DNA of 64,000 bases from Candidatus Thiodiazotropha sp. (GTDB lineage: Bacteria > Pseudomonadota > Gammaproteobacteria > Chromatiales > Chromatiaceae). A program made the translations under genes and the position numbers. The notes beneath the pieces were generated by a model, which saw only the letters and a program-made list of their open reading frames with translations, was not told the origin of the DNA and searched no databases. Within the stretch, counting starts at the first letter, position 1; every line of letters starts with the position of its first letter. The DNA lies in the NCBI GenBank assembly GCA_040507225.1, contig JBEVVG010000001.1:337054-401053 (forward strand), read 5' to 3'. Positions 17,652 to 27,103 of the stretch are shown piece after piece.

Positions 17652-18293
17652 ATGAAGCTGATTCTGTTGGGTGCCCCCGGTGCGGGCAAGGGTACTGTGG
17701 CCAAGCAACTGACCAAACTGGATGGATCGGTACAGATCTCCACCGGTGATATTCTGCGTGGCGCGGTGCAGGCCGGTACGGAACTGGGTAAGCAGGCCGA
17801 GGCCTTCATGAAAGCCGGAGATCTGGTGCCTGACGACCTGATCATGGGCATCATGGAACAGCGCCTGCAGGAGCCGGATTGCGCGAGCGGCTTTCTGCTC
17901 GATGGTTTCCCCCGCACCATTCCCCAGGCTGAGGCGCTGGATGTGCTGTTGAACAAGATCGATGTGGAACTCGATTTCGCGGTCGAGATCGATGTGCCCC
18001 GAGATGTCATTCTGGATCGTCTGACCACCCGTCGCACCTGTGTTGACTGTGGCGCCATCTATAACGTCAAGAGCATGCCTACCAAGGTTGAGGGCGTGTG
18101 TGACAAGTGTGGCGGCAAGGTGGTTCAGCGTGACGACGAGACTGAAGAGGCAATCTCCAACCGTCTCGATGTCTATCAGGAGAAGACCGCGCCGCTGGTG
18201 GACTTCTACAAGAACAAGAATATGCTGCTGACTGTCAGCGCCACCTCCAGCGAGGCCGTTGTGAGCGCTATTCAGGAGCGTCTTAACGGCTGA
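17652..18293 (+). CDS. adk: Adenylate kinase (Cys4 zinc-lid type)
   Basis: MKLILLGAPGAGKGT P-loop, GFLLDGFPRT, and lid motif CVDCG...CDKCGG. AGGAG SD upstream. Confidence 0.95.
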   Translation: MKLILLGAPGAGKGTVAKQLTKLDGSVQISTGDILRGAVQAGTELGKQAEAFMKAGDLVPDDLIMGIMEQRLQEPDCASGFLLDGFPRTIPQAEALDVLLNKIDVELDFAVEIDVPRDVILDRLTTRRTCVDCGAIYNVKSMPTKVEGVCDKCGGKVVQRDDETEEAISNRLDVYQEKTAPLVDFYKNKNMLLTVSATSSEAVVSAIQERLNG

Positions 18294-18327
18294 TCCTGCA
18301 GGATATTCTGTCTTCTGCAGAAGCATG

Positions 18328-18357
18328 ACCCGTTCGCATCGCGAGCGGGTTTTTTTG
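18328..18357 (+). terminator. Rho-independent terminator of adk
   Basis: acccgttcgc-atc-gcgagcgggt (one G-U pair) followed by tttttt. Confidence 0.75.
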
Positions 18358-18572
18358 TCTGTCTTGTTCAATGCCATGTGGTCTGCCGACGATCAGGATG
18401 ATCCTCTTTCGAGGATCGTGCATAGCGTGAACCATGCAGCAAACAGCGGTGATTTTTCAGCCACTCCTGCGACGAAAAACCCTAAAATTTAAGTTAGAAT
18501 TTAATGGGTAATAACCCTGAGGCCGGTCGAGCAGCCGACAGGCCCTGGTCCTGATGTTCAGAGAGAGAGGCA

Positions 18573-18974
18573 ATGAAACCCGAACTTGGCGATCCCTACG
18601 TTTTGGAAGAGTACACCCTGGATGACCTCAAGCAGCACCCGATTCTGGTGTGGGCGGTACATGATCACATCGATCCGGGCATGCAGTATCTGACTCCGGT
18701 TCTCAACAGCCGCAATCTGTCACCCGAATACAATCACGCCAAGATATTGCTGAGCGTGAAAGATACCGATGTCTATGCCGAAGCGAGTTACAACGCCGAG
18801 GACCATTGTGTCTATTCGATCCTGATCTGGGAGGGGGACTCCACCCTGGAGGTTGAAGACAGCAACCTCGATGCTCCGGTGGTGTTGAAGGCCATCCCAG
18901 AGATCGACGGGGTGGCGGGTATGGAGTTTCGGCTCGCAACCAAAGAGGATTACTACGCCTATCCCACCACCTGA
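18573..18974 (+). CDS. Hypothetical protein
   Basis: 133-aa acidic ORF with a GAGAGG SD-like sequence upstream. I recognise no motif. Confidence 0.5.
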   Translation: MKPELGDPYVLEEYTLDDLKQHPILVWAVHDHIDPGMQYLTPVLNSRNLSPEYNHAKILLSVKDTDVYAEASYNAEDHCVYSILIWEGDSTLEVEDSNLDAPVVLKAIPEIDGVAGMEFRLATKEDYYAYPTT

Positions 18975-19230
18975 GTCCAGCAGGGTCTATCGGATTAGTG
19001 TTAACAGGCCCTGGCCCGGACATCGCGGAAACGAGGAAAAACAGCCACTCATAAAGAGGTCCACAGCCGCCCCCAATGGGTTAAACTATGCTATGCGTAG
19101 TCGCTTGCCGTGTCACAAAATTGTAACATGGCCTATACAGGGTATGCTCCGCATCAATGGAACCGGGGACCTGGGCCGGTTCCAGAGGTTCCGTGTTCAG
19201 TATTGGCTGTGAGACCGCACTAGGGCATTT

Positions 19231-20631
19231 ATGATCAAGCTTTTCGGTATCTATATCTCTAAAGCGGTGGTGTTACTGGGGGTGATCGAAGTCCTGATCT
19301 TTTTCACCGCCATGCATGGTGCGATTCTCGCTGCCGGGCATCTGGATGCGTCTGCGCCGGTGTCTGAGGAGTTGCTGGGGGGTAATTTCGCGGTCATCTA
19401 TTCGGTTGTGATGTTTTCCGCGATGACCGCCCTGGGGCTGTATCAAAAAGGCTCGATGGCCACCTCATCCGGATTCCTGCTGCGTATCATCCTCGCCTTC
19501 CTGGTGGGCGGCGTGGCCATGGAACTGATCAATCTGCTGCTCCCTGGGTTGACGCCCGACGGTAATTCCATCCTCACCCTGAGTCTTATCATTTCCCTGC
19601 TGGGGATACTCTTGGCCCGAACGGTGTTCGTCCGGGTGACCTCTGACAAGACCCTGAAACGGCGCGTGTTGGTGCTGGGTGTGGGTATCAACGCGGATCG
19701 TATCGAGGAGTCCACCAAAGGCAAGGACACCGTCGGCATCGTGGTGGTCGGATACGTTAACCTGGGCGACCGAATCGAACTGGTGGATGCGGAGCGCCAG
19801 ATCCAGAAGGATCAGACTCTGCTGGAAATTGCCAACCGACTGGCGGTGGACGAGATCGTTGTTGCGGTGGATGACCGGAGAAAGAAACTGCCCAATCATG
19901 AACTCCTCGAGTGCAAGATCAAGGGGATCAAGATCCTTGATCTGCTGACCTTTTTCGAAAAGGAACTCTCGATCATCAACATCGATCTGCTGTATCCGAG
20001 CTGGATGCTCTATGCGGATGGCTACAACCAACGTCCGCTCAACCGGGCGATCAAGAAGTCGTTCGACATGACCGTTGGGATCATCATTTTCCTGTTTGCC
20101 GCGCCCCTGATGGTGTTGGTGACCCTGGCGAGCGTCATCGAATCCCGGGGGCGGGACCCGATCCTCTACAGTCAGGTGCGGGTGGGAAAGAACGGTAAGC
20201 TTTTCAAGGTGTACAAATTTCGCAGCATGCGAACCGATGCCGAGGCAGACGGGGTGGCGCGATGGGCGACGAAAAACGACGCCCGAATCACCCGTCTGGG
20301 GGGATTCCTGAGGAAAACCCGGCTGGACGAATTGCCACAGATCTACAACATCCTCAACGGGGACATGAGTCTGGTGGGACCCCGCCCGGAGCGACCGGAA
20401 TTCGTCATGCAGCTATCCAATGACATTCCTTACTACCCGCAACGCCACTGGGTCAAACCGGGACTGACCGGCTGGGCGCAGATGCTCTATCCCTACGGGG
20501 CGTCCGAAGAGGATGCCAAACGCAAGCTGGAATACGACCTCTACTATGTCAAGAACGCCAGTACCATGCTGGATTTCGTGATACTTCTGCAGACCATCGA
20601 GGTGGTGCTGTTGGGTAAAGGCGCCCACTGA
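19231..20631 (+). CDS. Undecaprenyl-phosphate sugar phosphotransferase (bacterial sugar transferase, TIGR03013/EpsB-like)
   Basis: 466 aa with N-terminal TM helices. C-terminal catalytic domain is ...PILYSQVRVGKNGKLFKVYKFRSM...RLDELPQIYNILNGDMSLVGPRPERPEF. Confidence 0.85.
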   Translation: MIKLFGIYISKAVVLLGVIEVLIFFTAMHGAILAAGHLDASAPVSEELLGGNFAVIYSVVMFSAMTALGLYQKGSMATSSGFLLRIILAFLVGGVAMELINLLLPGLTPDGNSILTLSLIISLLGILLARTVFVRVTSDKTLKRRVLVLGVGINADRIEESTKGKDTVGIVVVGYVNLGDRIELVDAERQIQKDQTLLEIANRLAVDEIVVAVDDRRKKLPNHELLECKIKGIKILDLLTFFEKELSIINIDLLYPSWMLYADGYNQRPLNRAIKKSFDMTVGIIIFLFAAPLMVLVTLASVIESRGRDPILYSQVRVGKNGKLFKVYKFRSMRTDAEADGVARWATKNDARITRLGGFLRKTRLDELPQIYNILNGDMSLVGPRPERPEFVMQLSNDIPYYPQRHWVKPGLTGWAQMLYPYGASEEDAKRKLEYDLYYVKNASTMLDFVILLQTIEVVLLGKGAH

Positions 20632-20781
20632 AGGCTAAGCAACTTCGCGCCCTCGCTTGAGAGGGAAATGGCCACAACCGCGGAGGCCGCGGAAGTCCTG
20701 TTTATTATCTCGCGAACTCCCCTGGCCGGGTATCAGCCCTTCGGCATTTCACGGATTCTTGCTGCGACCCGGAGTGCGTGA

Positions 20782-22566
20782 CTACTCGTGAGCGTAGCGT
20801 ACTGTGGCATCCGTCAGTGGTGTTCGCCACTCCAGGGCGGCTTCACCGGGATACGAGAATCGCAGTTTTTCCGGGTAAGGGAAGACATCTGTCTGGATGC
20901 CGTGGGTCAATTTCTCCTGAGCCTGTTTCCAAGCCGTGTCTTCGAACAGATCCGGATGGAGCTCGCAAAGAATCTTGCGCAGTTTCGGGTCGGTTGTGAC
21001 AAAGGTGATGAACTCCTCCGGGAAGATGTCCCGGGGACCGATGCTGTACCAGGGCTCGTCACGAAACAGGTCCAGGGAACTGCGTGGCGGCGGTATGCGG
21101 CGAAAATTACACTCGGTCAGATAGCAGATCTCATCATAGTCATAAAACACCACCTTGTGCTGACAATTCACGCCGAAATTCTTGAACAGCAGGTCGCCGG
21201 GAAAGATGTTGACCCCCATCAATTGCTTCAGCGCCAGTCCCCAATCATCGAGAATCTCCCAGGTTTCCGCCTCGTTGCACTCCTGCAGATAGATGTTCAA
21301 CGGGGTCATGCGGCGCTCGATGTAGAGATGACGAATTACCAAATGGTCGCCGTCGAACTCCAGTTGATCGGGGATGCTGCGCTGGAGAGATGCCAGCAGG
21401 GTGGGCTCGATGCGTTCCAATGGGAGGGCTACATCCGCAAATTCCAGGGTATCGGCCATGCGCCCGATACGGTCATGTTTCTTGACCTGTTGATAACGTT
21501 CCTTGATCTGTTCATGGGTGACCTCCTTCTGCGGTGGAAAATGGTCACGTATCACTTTGAACACATAGGGGAATGAGGGCAGGGTGAACACCTCCATGAC
21601 CAGTCCCGGAGTACCCGGAGCGGTGACAAAGAGGTCCTCACTCTCCCGCAGGTGATGCAGCAGGTCCCGGTAGAACTCATTTTTAGCCTGCTTGTGCAGA
21701 CCAATGCTCATGTAGAGTTCGGAGAGGGTTTTGTAGGGCATGATGCTCTGCAAGAACGCCACTGTGGCAGCCGGTACCGGTGTCTTGGCCATGAAATAGG
21801 CGCGGGCGAAACTGAATACCGCCTCCACTTCCCGACCCCGTACCAGAAGGGTATCCACATACAGGGCTCCCTGTTCACTGTTGATCAGCGGAATGATGAA
21901 CGGCCGCACCTGGTCGCCGTAGACCATACGGCCAATGAGATAGGCCGCCTTGTTACGGTAGAACGGGGACTCTAGAAGGTCGAATCTCAAGTCTCCCGGC
22001 AATGTGTCGAACGGGCACTGTCGCATCAGGGATTCGGCAATGCGCTGGCAATCCCTTTGGATGTCCTCGTAGGGGATGGAAAAGTAAAACGCCGAGAGCA
22101 TGTCCCAGACACAACCTTCCAGTCCGCTGTCCGCCACATGGAATGACATGTACACCCGGTAGCGCCTGGCCATCTCCTGACGGTCGACCTGGGATTCGAT
22201 GAAAATCTTGTCGTTGTCGTAATAACGACGGTCGAACAGCCGGCAGAACACCGAGTTGTAGAAGGTCTCGGCGAGTTCCGGACGGCTGTGGGTCTTCAGC
22301 AGCCCCGAATAGATCTGCTTGACCCGTTGCCAGAGGGCTTCGTCCAGGGTCGCGATGTCGAAATTTGTCTTGAGCTTCTGAATCGCCTCCTTGACCCGCA
22401 GGTCATAAAAACTGATGCGTTTCGCCGATGCTTCGCGCACCGCCCGCCAGTCCGCCAGTTCGTAACGTTGTCGCGCGGAACTGCTGATCTCCTGGAAGAA
22501 CGAAAAATGCCGCTCGAAACCGGTGAGGATCGATTGCGCGATCTGGCGCGCTTTCTCAATCTGCAT
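20782..22566 (-). CDS. aceK: Isocitrate dehydrogenase kinase/phosphatase
   Basis: 594 aa. The N-terminus ...IAQSILTGFERHFSFFQEIS and the overall length are typical of AceK. Confidence 0.9.
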   Translation of the reverse strand: MQIEKARQIAQSILTGFERHFSFFQEISSSARQRYELADWRAVREASAKRISFYDLRVKEAIQKLKTNFDIATLDEALWQRVKQIYSGLLKTHSRPELAETFYNSVFCRLFDRRYYDNDKIFIESQVDRQEMARRYRVYMSFHVADSGLEGCVWDMLSAFYFSIPYEDIQRDCQRIAESLMRQCPFDTLPGDLRFDLLESPFYRNKAAYLIGRMVYGDQVRPFIIPLINSEQGALYVDTLLVRGREVEAVFSFARAYFMAKTPVPAATVAFLQSIMPYKTLSELYMSIGLHKQAKNEFYRDLLHHLRESEDLFVTAPGTPGLVMEVFTLPSFPYVFKVIRDHFPPQKEVTHEQIKERYQQVKKHDRIGRMADTLEFADVALPLERIEPTLLASLQRSIPDQLEFDGDHLVIRHLYIERRMTPLNIYLQECNEAETWEILDDWGLALKQLMGVNIFPGDLLFKNFGVNCQHKVVFYDYDEICYLTECNFRRIPPPRSSLDLFRDEPWYSIGPRDIFPEEFITFVTTDPKLRKILCELHPDLFEDTAWKQAQEKLTHGIQTDVFPYPEKLRFSYPGEAALEWRTPLTDATVRYAHE

Positions 22567-22904
22567 GGCGCGACTCCTGTCGAGGGAACGGGAGACGGTT
22601 CGATAGGGGCCATAGGTGACCTATTAATATGGAGCTCTGCATCATTTTGGGGCGTCGTGGTCTCAGGTGGTAAGTAATGCCTTATCTGTTTACTAAGGTT
22701 TAGCTGATTTTTCCGCACTGCACTATTTTTTTTATCAAACCTATCTATTGATATTTTTTAGAAAAAATTCTTGATCTTTTCACTATGCTTTAACGCAGTG
22801 CACAATAAAACAACCTGCCTCAATGCAAGGCAGATATACGCAAAGCCCTCTGGGGATGCACTCCAGAGGTGCGGACAGACCGAAGATCGAGGAGATACAC
22901 GACC

Positions 22905-24518
22905 ATGTCCAGACCATCATCGAGCCTGCGGCGACCGACCCAGGAGATTCGAATTACCGGCCCCATGCAACCGGAATTCCATTCGATCCTCAGTGAGGAC
23001 GCGCTGCATTTCGTGGCGGAAATGGAACGCCAGTTTGGTGATATCCGGCGTGATCTGCTGGATCGAAGAGTACAGCGCCAGAAACGCTTCAATGCCGGAG
23101 AAAGACCCCATTTTCTCGAAGAGACCACCGGAATTCGCCAGTCTGAGTGGCGGGTCAGGCCCGCACCGGCTGATCTGCAGGACCGCCGGGTGGAGATCAC
23201 CGGTCCGGTGGACAGGAAAATGCTCATCAACGCACTGAACTCCGGGGCCCGCTGCTTCATGGCAGACCTGGAGGACGCCCATTCACCGGACTGGGTAGCC
23301 ACCGTCGAGGGCCAGATCAACCTGCGCGAGGCCGTCAACCGCACGCTCTCCTTTACTTCGCCGGATGGTAAGGAATATCGCCTCAACGACAATCTCGCGA
23401 CCCTCATCGTCCGGCCCCGGGGGTGGCATCTGGATGAGAAACACATGCTGGTCGACGGGCAACGGGTATCCGCATCCTTCTTCGACTTCGGCCTGTACCT
23501 GTACCACAACGCCGAGACGCTCATGGCGCTTGGCAGCGGCCCCTATTTCTATCTACCGAAGATGGAGAGTTATCACGAAGCCCGGTTGTGGCGGGATGTC
23601 TTCCTGTGGGCGGAGGAACAACTGGGATTGGATCAGGGCACGATTCGCTGCACAGTGCTGATCGAGACCATCACCGCCGCCTTCGAAATGGACGAGATTC
23701 TGTATGAACTGCGTAATTCGATCTGCGGACTGAACTGCGGCCGATGGGACTACATCTTCAGCTTCATCAAGTGCTTTCACAGCGACCCAGAATACGTGTT
23801 GCCGGATCGCAGCCAGGTCACGATGAACGTGCCTTTTCTGCATGCCTATTCAAAGCTGCTGATCAACACCTGCCACCGGCGTGGCGCCCACGCAATGGGT
23901 GGCATGGCGGCACAGATTCCGATTCGTGATGATCCCCAGGCGGATGCCGAGGCCAAGGAGAAGGTTCGCCTGGACAAGGAGCGGGAGGCGAAGGATGGCC
24001 ATGACGGCACCTGGGTGGCGCACCCCGGTTTGGTGCCGGTGGCGCTCTCGGTATTCGATCGTTACATGCCAAACCCCCATCAGCAGCATCGTTACGATCC
24101 CGACCTGAAGATTCAGGCCACGGACCTGTTACAGGTCCCTACGGGTGAAATCACCGAAGCCGGATTGCACAACAACATCAGCGCCGCGGTGCGATATATG
24201 GCCGCCTGGCTGGAGGGGCGTGGCGCGGTGCCGATCCACCACCTGATGGAGGATGCGGCGACCGCGGAGATCGCCCGCTCCCAGATATGGCAATGGATCC
24301 GCTATCCGAAAGGTGTCCTCAACACGGGCATCAAAGTCAATTACCGGCTGTTCGATCAGTTTCTGCAGGACGAACTGTCCCTGATTCGCAAACAGGTCGG
24401 TGAACTTGCCTATGAATCGGGCAGCTATGAGCAGGCGGCTGAACTTCTGAGGCGGATCGTCGCCAACGACGAATTCGAGGTCTTTCTGACCCTGCCTGCA
24501 TACGAAGCACTCAATTGA
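22905..24518 (+). CDS. aceB: Malate synthase A
   Basis: ADLEDAHSP, RPRGWHL and the length (537 aa from the ATG at 22905, GGAG 10 nt upstream) fit malate synthase A. The ORF-track start at 22869 is GTG. Confidence 0.9.
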   Translation: MSRPSSSLRRPTQEIRITGPMQPEFHSILSEDALHFVAEMERQFGDIRRDLLDRRVQRQKRFNAGERPHFLEETTGIRQSEWRVRPAPADLQDRRVEITGPVDRKMLINALNSGARCFMADLEDAHSPDWVATVEGQINLREAVNRTLSFTSPDGKEYRLNDNLATLIVRPRGWHLDEKHMLVDGQRVSASFFDFGLYLYHNAETLMALGSGPYFYLPKMESYHEARLWRDVFLWAEEQLGLDQGTIRCTVLIETITAAFEMDEILYELRNSICGLNCGRWDYIFSFIKCFHSDPEYVLPDRSQVTMNVPFLHAYSKLLINTCHRRGAHAMGGMAAQIPIRDDPQADAEAKEKVRLDKEREAKDGHDGTWVAHPGLVPVALSVFDRYMPNPHQQHRYDPDLKIQATDLLQVPTGEITEAGLHNNISAAVRYMAAWLEGRGAVPIHHLMEDAATAEIARSQIWQWIRYPKGVLNTGIKVNYRLFDQFLQDELSLIRKQVGELAYESGSYEQAAELLRRIVANDEFEVFLTLPAYEALN

Positions 24519-24548
24519 GTCATACCACACAAAGAGATGGAGAAGATA

Positions 24549-25871
24549 ATGACGAGACAACAACAGATTGAAGCCCTGAAACGGGATTGGGCAGAGAACC
24601 CCCGCTGGAATGATGTTCAACGTGGTTACAGCGCGGAGGACGTGGTGCGGTTGCGCGGCTCGGTACAGCCCGAATACACCTACGCAAAACGTGGTGCGGA
24701 AAAGCTGTGGAAGCTGGTTCACGGAGATGCGAAGAAGGGTTACGTGAACTGCATGGGGGCCATTACCGGCGGCCAGGCCATGCAGCAGGCGAAGGCGGGT
24801 ATCGAGGCGATCTATCTGTCCGGCTGGCAGGTGGCGGCTGATGGCAATACCTCGGAGACCATGTACCCGGACCAGTCGCTTTATGCATACGACTCGGTGC
24901 CCACCATGGTGCGGCGGATCAACAACTCCTTCAAGCGTGCGGATGAGATCCAGTGGTCGCGTGGCCTGGAACCCGGTGATGAAGGCTATACGGACTACTT
25001 CCTGCCCATCGTGGCCGATGCCGAAGCCGGTTTCGGGGGTGTACTCAACGCCTTCGAACTGATGAAAAACATGATCGCCGCCGGTGCGGCCGGGGTGCAC
25101 TACGAAGATCAGCTGGCGGCTGTTAAGAAATGCGGTCACATGGGTGGCAAGGTGCTGGTTCCCACTCAGGAAGCGGTGCAGAAGCTGATCGCCGCCAGAC
25201 TCGCTGCTGACGTCATGGGTGTGCCTACCCTGGTTCTGGCGCGTACCGATTCCGAAGCCGCGAATCTGCTCACATCCGACGTGGATGACAATGACCGTCC
25301 CTTCCTTACCGGGGAACGTACCAGCGAAGGTTTCTATCGGGTCAACAATGGTCTGGAACAGGCAATATCCCGGGGTGTTGCCTACGCGCCTTACGCAGAC
25401 CTGGTGTGGTGTGAGACAGGCACCCCCGATCTGGGATTTGCCCGGGAGTTCGCCCAGGCGGTTCTGGCGAAGAATCCCAACAAGCTGCTCGCGTACAATT
25501 GCTCTCCGTCATTCAACTGGAAGAAGAACCTGGACGACAAGACCATTGCCCGCTTCCAGGACGAGCTTTCGGACATGGGTTACAAATACCAGTTCATCAC
25601 CCTGGCGGGTATCCACAACATGTGGTTCAACATGTTCGACCTGGCCTACGACTATGCCCGCGGCGAGGGTATGAAGCATTATGTGGAAAAGGTCCAGCAA
25701 CCCGAGTTTGCTGCCCGGGATCGGGGCTACACCTTCGTCTCCCATCAGCAGGAAGTCGGTGCCGGTTACTTCGACGATGTGACCACCGTGATTCAGGGTG
25801 GCGCCTCTTCAGTCACCGCCCTGACGGGCTCCACCGAAGAGGCCCAGTTCGACAGCGCAGCTGGCATGTGA
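24549..25871 (+). CDS. aceA: Isocitrate lyase
   Basis: [20 protein letters not shown]... parallels the E. coli AceA N-terminus. [13 protein letters not shown] active-site motif. GGAG lies upstream of the ATG at 24549. Confidence 0.95.
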   Translation: MTRQQQIEALKRDWAENPRWNDVQRGYSAEDVVRLRGSVQPEYTYAKRGAEKLWKLVHGDAKKGYVNCMGAITGGQAMQQAKAGIEAIYLSGWQVAADGNTSETMYPDQSLYAYDSVPTMVRRINNSFKRADEIQWSRGLEPGDEGYTDYFLPIVADAEAGFGGVLNAFELMKNMIAAGAAGVHYEDQLAAVKKCGHMGGKVLVPTQEAVQKLIAARLAADVMGVPTLVLARTDSEAANLLTSDVDDNDRPFLTGERTSEGFYRVNNGLEQAISRGVAYAPYADLVWCETGTPDLGFAREFAQAVLAKNPNKLLAYNCSPSFNWKKNLDDKTIARFQDELSDMGYKYQFITLAGIHNMWFNMFDLAYDYARGEGMKHYVEKVQQPEFAARDRGYTFVSHQQEVGAGYFDDVTTVIQGGASSVTALTGSTEEAQFDSAAGM

Positions 25872-25901
25872 ACTGATTGCGAATAGCGGTTTCTGCCCTT
25901 T

Positions 25902-25928
25902 GGCCGTGCTTCGGCACGGCCTTTTTTG
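25902..25928 (+). terminator. Rho-independent terminator after aceA
   Basis: ggccgtgc-ttcg-gcacggcc followed by ttttttg. Confidence 0.8.
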
Positions 25929-26042
25929 TTTTCTGCTATATGTCCAGTATGGCCTGTCGGCCGTTGTGCAGAAAACGACACCAGGCGCAGGGCTTGCCTG
26001 TATCTGCCAAGTTGCCTGAGTGACCGCCAGAGGAGTGAATCG

Positions 26043-26537
26043 ATGAGTTTGAGTAACGATCAACTGAAAACGGCTGATCTGTATGACGTTCACGAGGAGG
26101 CGTTGCAGATCTGCGTACCGGGTATGCGTCACTTTGGCGGAAAGCAGGCCTTCCATGGGCCGGTGGCCACCCTGAAATGTTTTGAAGACAACTCATTGGT
26201 CAGGGAACAACTGGAACAGGCCGGATCGGGTCGCGTGCTGGTGGTGGATGGAGGCGCGTCCCTGCGTTGTGCACTGCTGGGTGATCTGCTGGCACAGATG
26301 GCGGTTGACAACGGTTGGGCCGGAGTGGTCGTGAATGGCTGCATCCGGGACTCCCGGGAGATTGCACAAATGCCACTTGGAGTGATGGCACTGGCAACCA
26401 ATCCGCGCAAAAGCGTCAAACGTGGAGCCGGTGAAGTGGGCGGCAGTCTGACTTTCCAGGGCGTCGATTTTCACCCGGGAGAATGGCTGTATGCGGATGA
26501 AGACGGCATTGTCGTCATGGATAATCCCGCGACCTGA
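26043..26537 (+). CDS. rraA: RraA-family protein (RNase E regulator / 4-hydroxy-4-methyl-2-oxoglutarate aldolase-oxaloacetate decarboxylase family)
   Basis: 164 aa from the ATG at 26043 (GAGGAG SD). ...LKCFEDNSLVREQLEQAGSGRVLVVDGGASLRCALLGDLLA...GVVVNGCIRD is typical of RraA. Confidence 0.85.
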   Translation: MSLSNDQLKTADLYDVHEEALQICVPGMRHFGGKQAFHGPVATLKCFEDNSLVREQLEQAGSGRVLVVDGGASLRCALLGDLLAQMAVDNGWAGVVVNGCIRDSREIAQMPLGVMALATNPRKSVKRGAGEVGGSLTFQGVDFHPGEWLYADEDGIVVMDNPAT

Positions 26538-26733
26538 CAGAGTTTCCGCTGATCGCGAATGATTTGCGATGAAACTCTGACCAACAGGGAGTTTTCCGTT
26601 GCTGGCTGCACCGGTTTGTACTGTCACCACGGTAGGCAGGCGAAACCGACCTGGCGGGCAGAGATGGGGTAGAGGGGTATTCAAATCATTACGATGGAGT
26701 TGATTCTGAGCACACCGTCATTAACTGATCCGC

Positions 26734-27021
26734 TCAGCAGAGGATCATTTCCACTATCTCCGTACAGGCAGTCGTTTCCCGTACGCCGGCACTGAAATCA
26801 TCGCCTTTGCCACCGCCAAGCCTGTCGTTTGCGTACATCCCGAAGATCCGCTCGTCTTGCTGGTCTCCCTGAATAATCCGGTTCTTGGTTTCTTCAGCAG
26901 TAATAATCCATGCCTCATTACCATTGAACGTGAGTTTGACCGAGCCATCACAATTTAAATGAAGCTGGATAGGAACGTTGCTGCGGCGGGCATCCAACAG
27001 GGTTTTGTCACCCAGGGGCAA
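26734..27021 (-). pseudogene. Possible remnant of an RTX-type (GGxGxD repeat) secreted protein gene
   Basis: The 95-aa ORF starts with TTG immediately after a terminator. It contains a single NDRLGGGKGDDF nonapeptide-like unit and then stops. GC content is locally lower. Confidence 0.25.
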
Positions 27022-27023
27022 GG

Positions 27024-27059
27024 TAAAAAATATTCCACCCCGTTCAATCTGGGGTGGAA
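27024..27059 (-). terminator. Rho-independent terminator of the hydrolase gene
   Basis: On the minus strand: ttccacccc-agattgaac-ggggtggaa followed by tatttttta. Confidence 0.7.
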
Positions 27060-27103
27060 TTGCAGTTAATGGATCAGTGTGGATTGATTCGGCTCAGGCG
27101 GCG

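Noticed and set aside
24129-25139. A 336-aa minus-strand ORF overlapping the aceB end and the aceA start.
   Set aside because: It is antisense to two well-supported, motif-bearing genes and shows no motif of its own.
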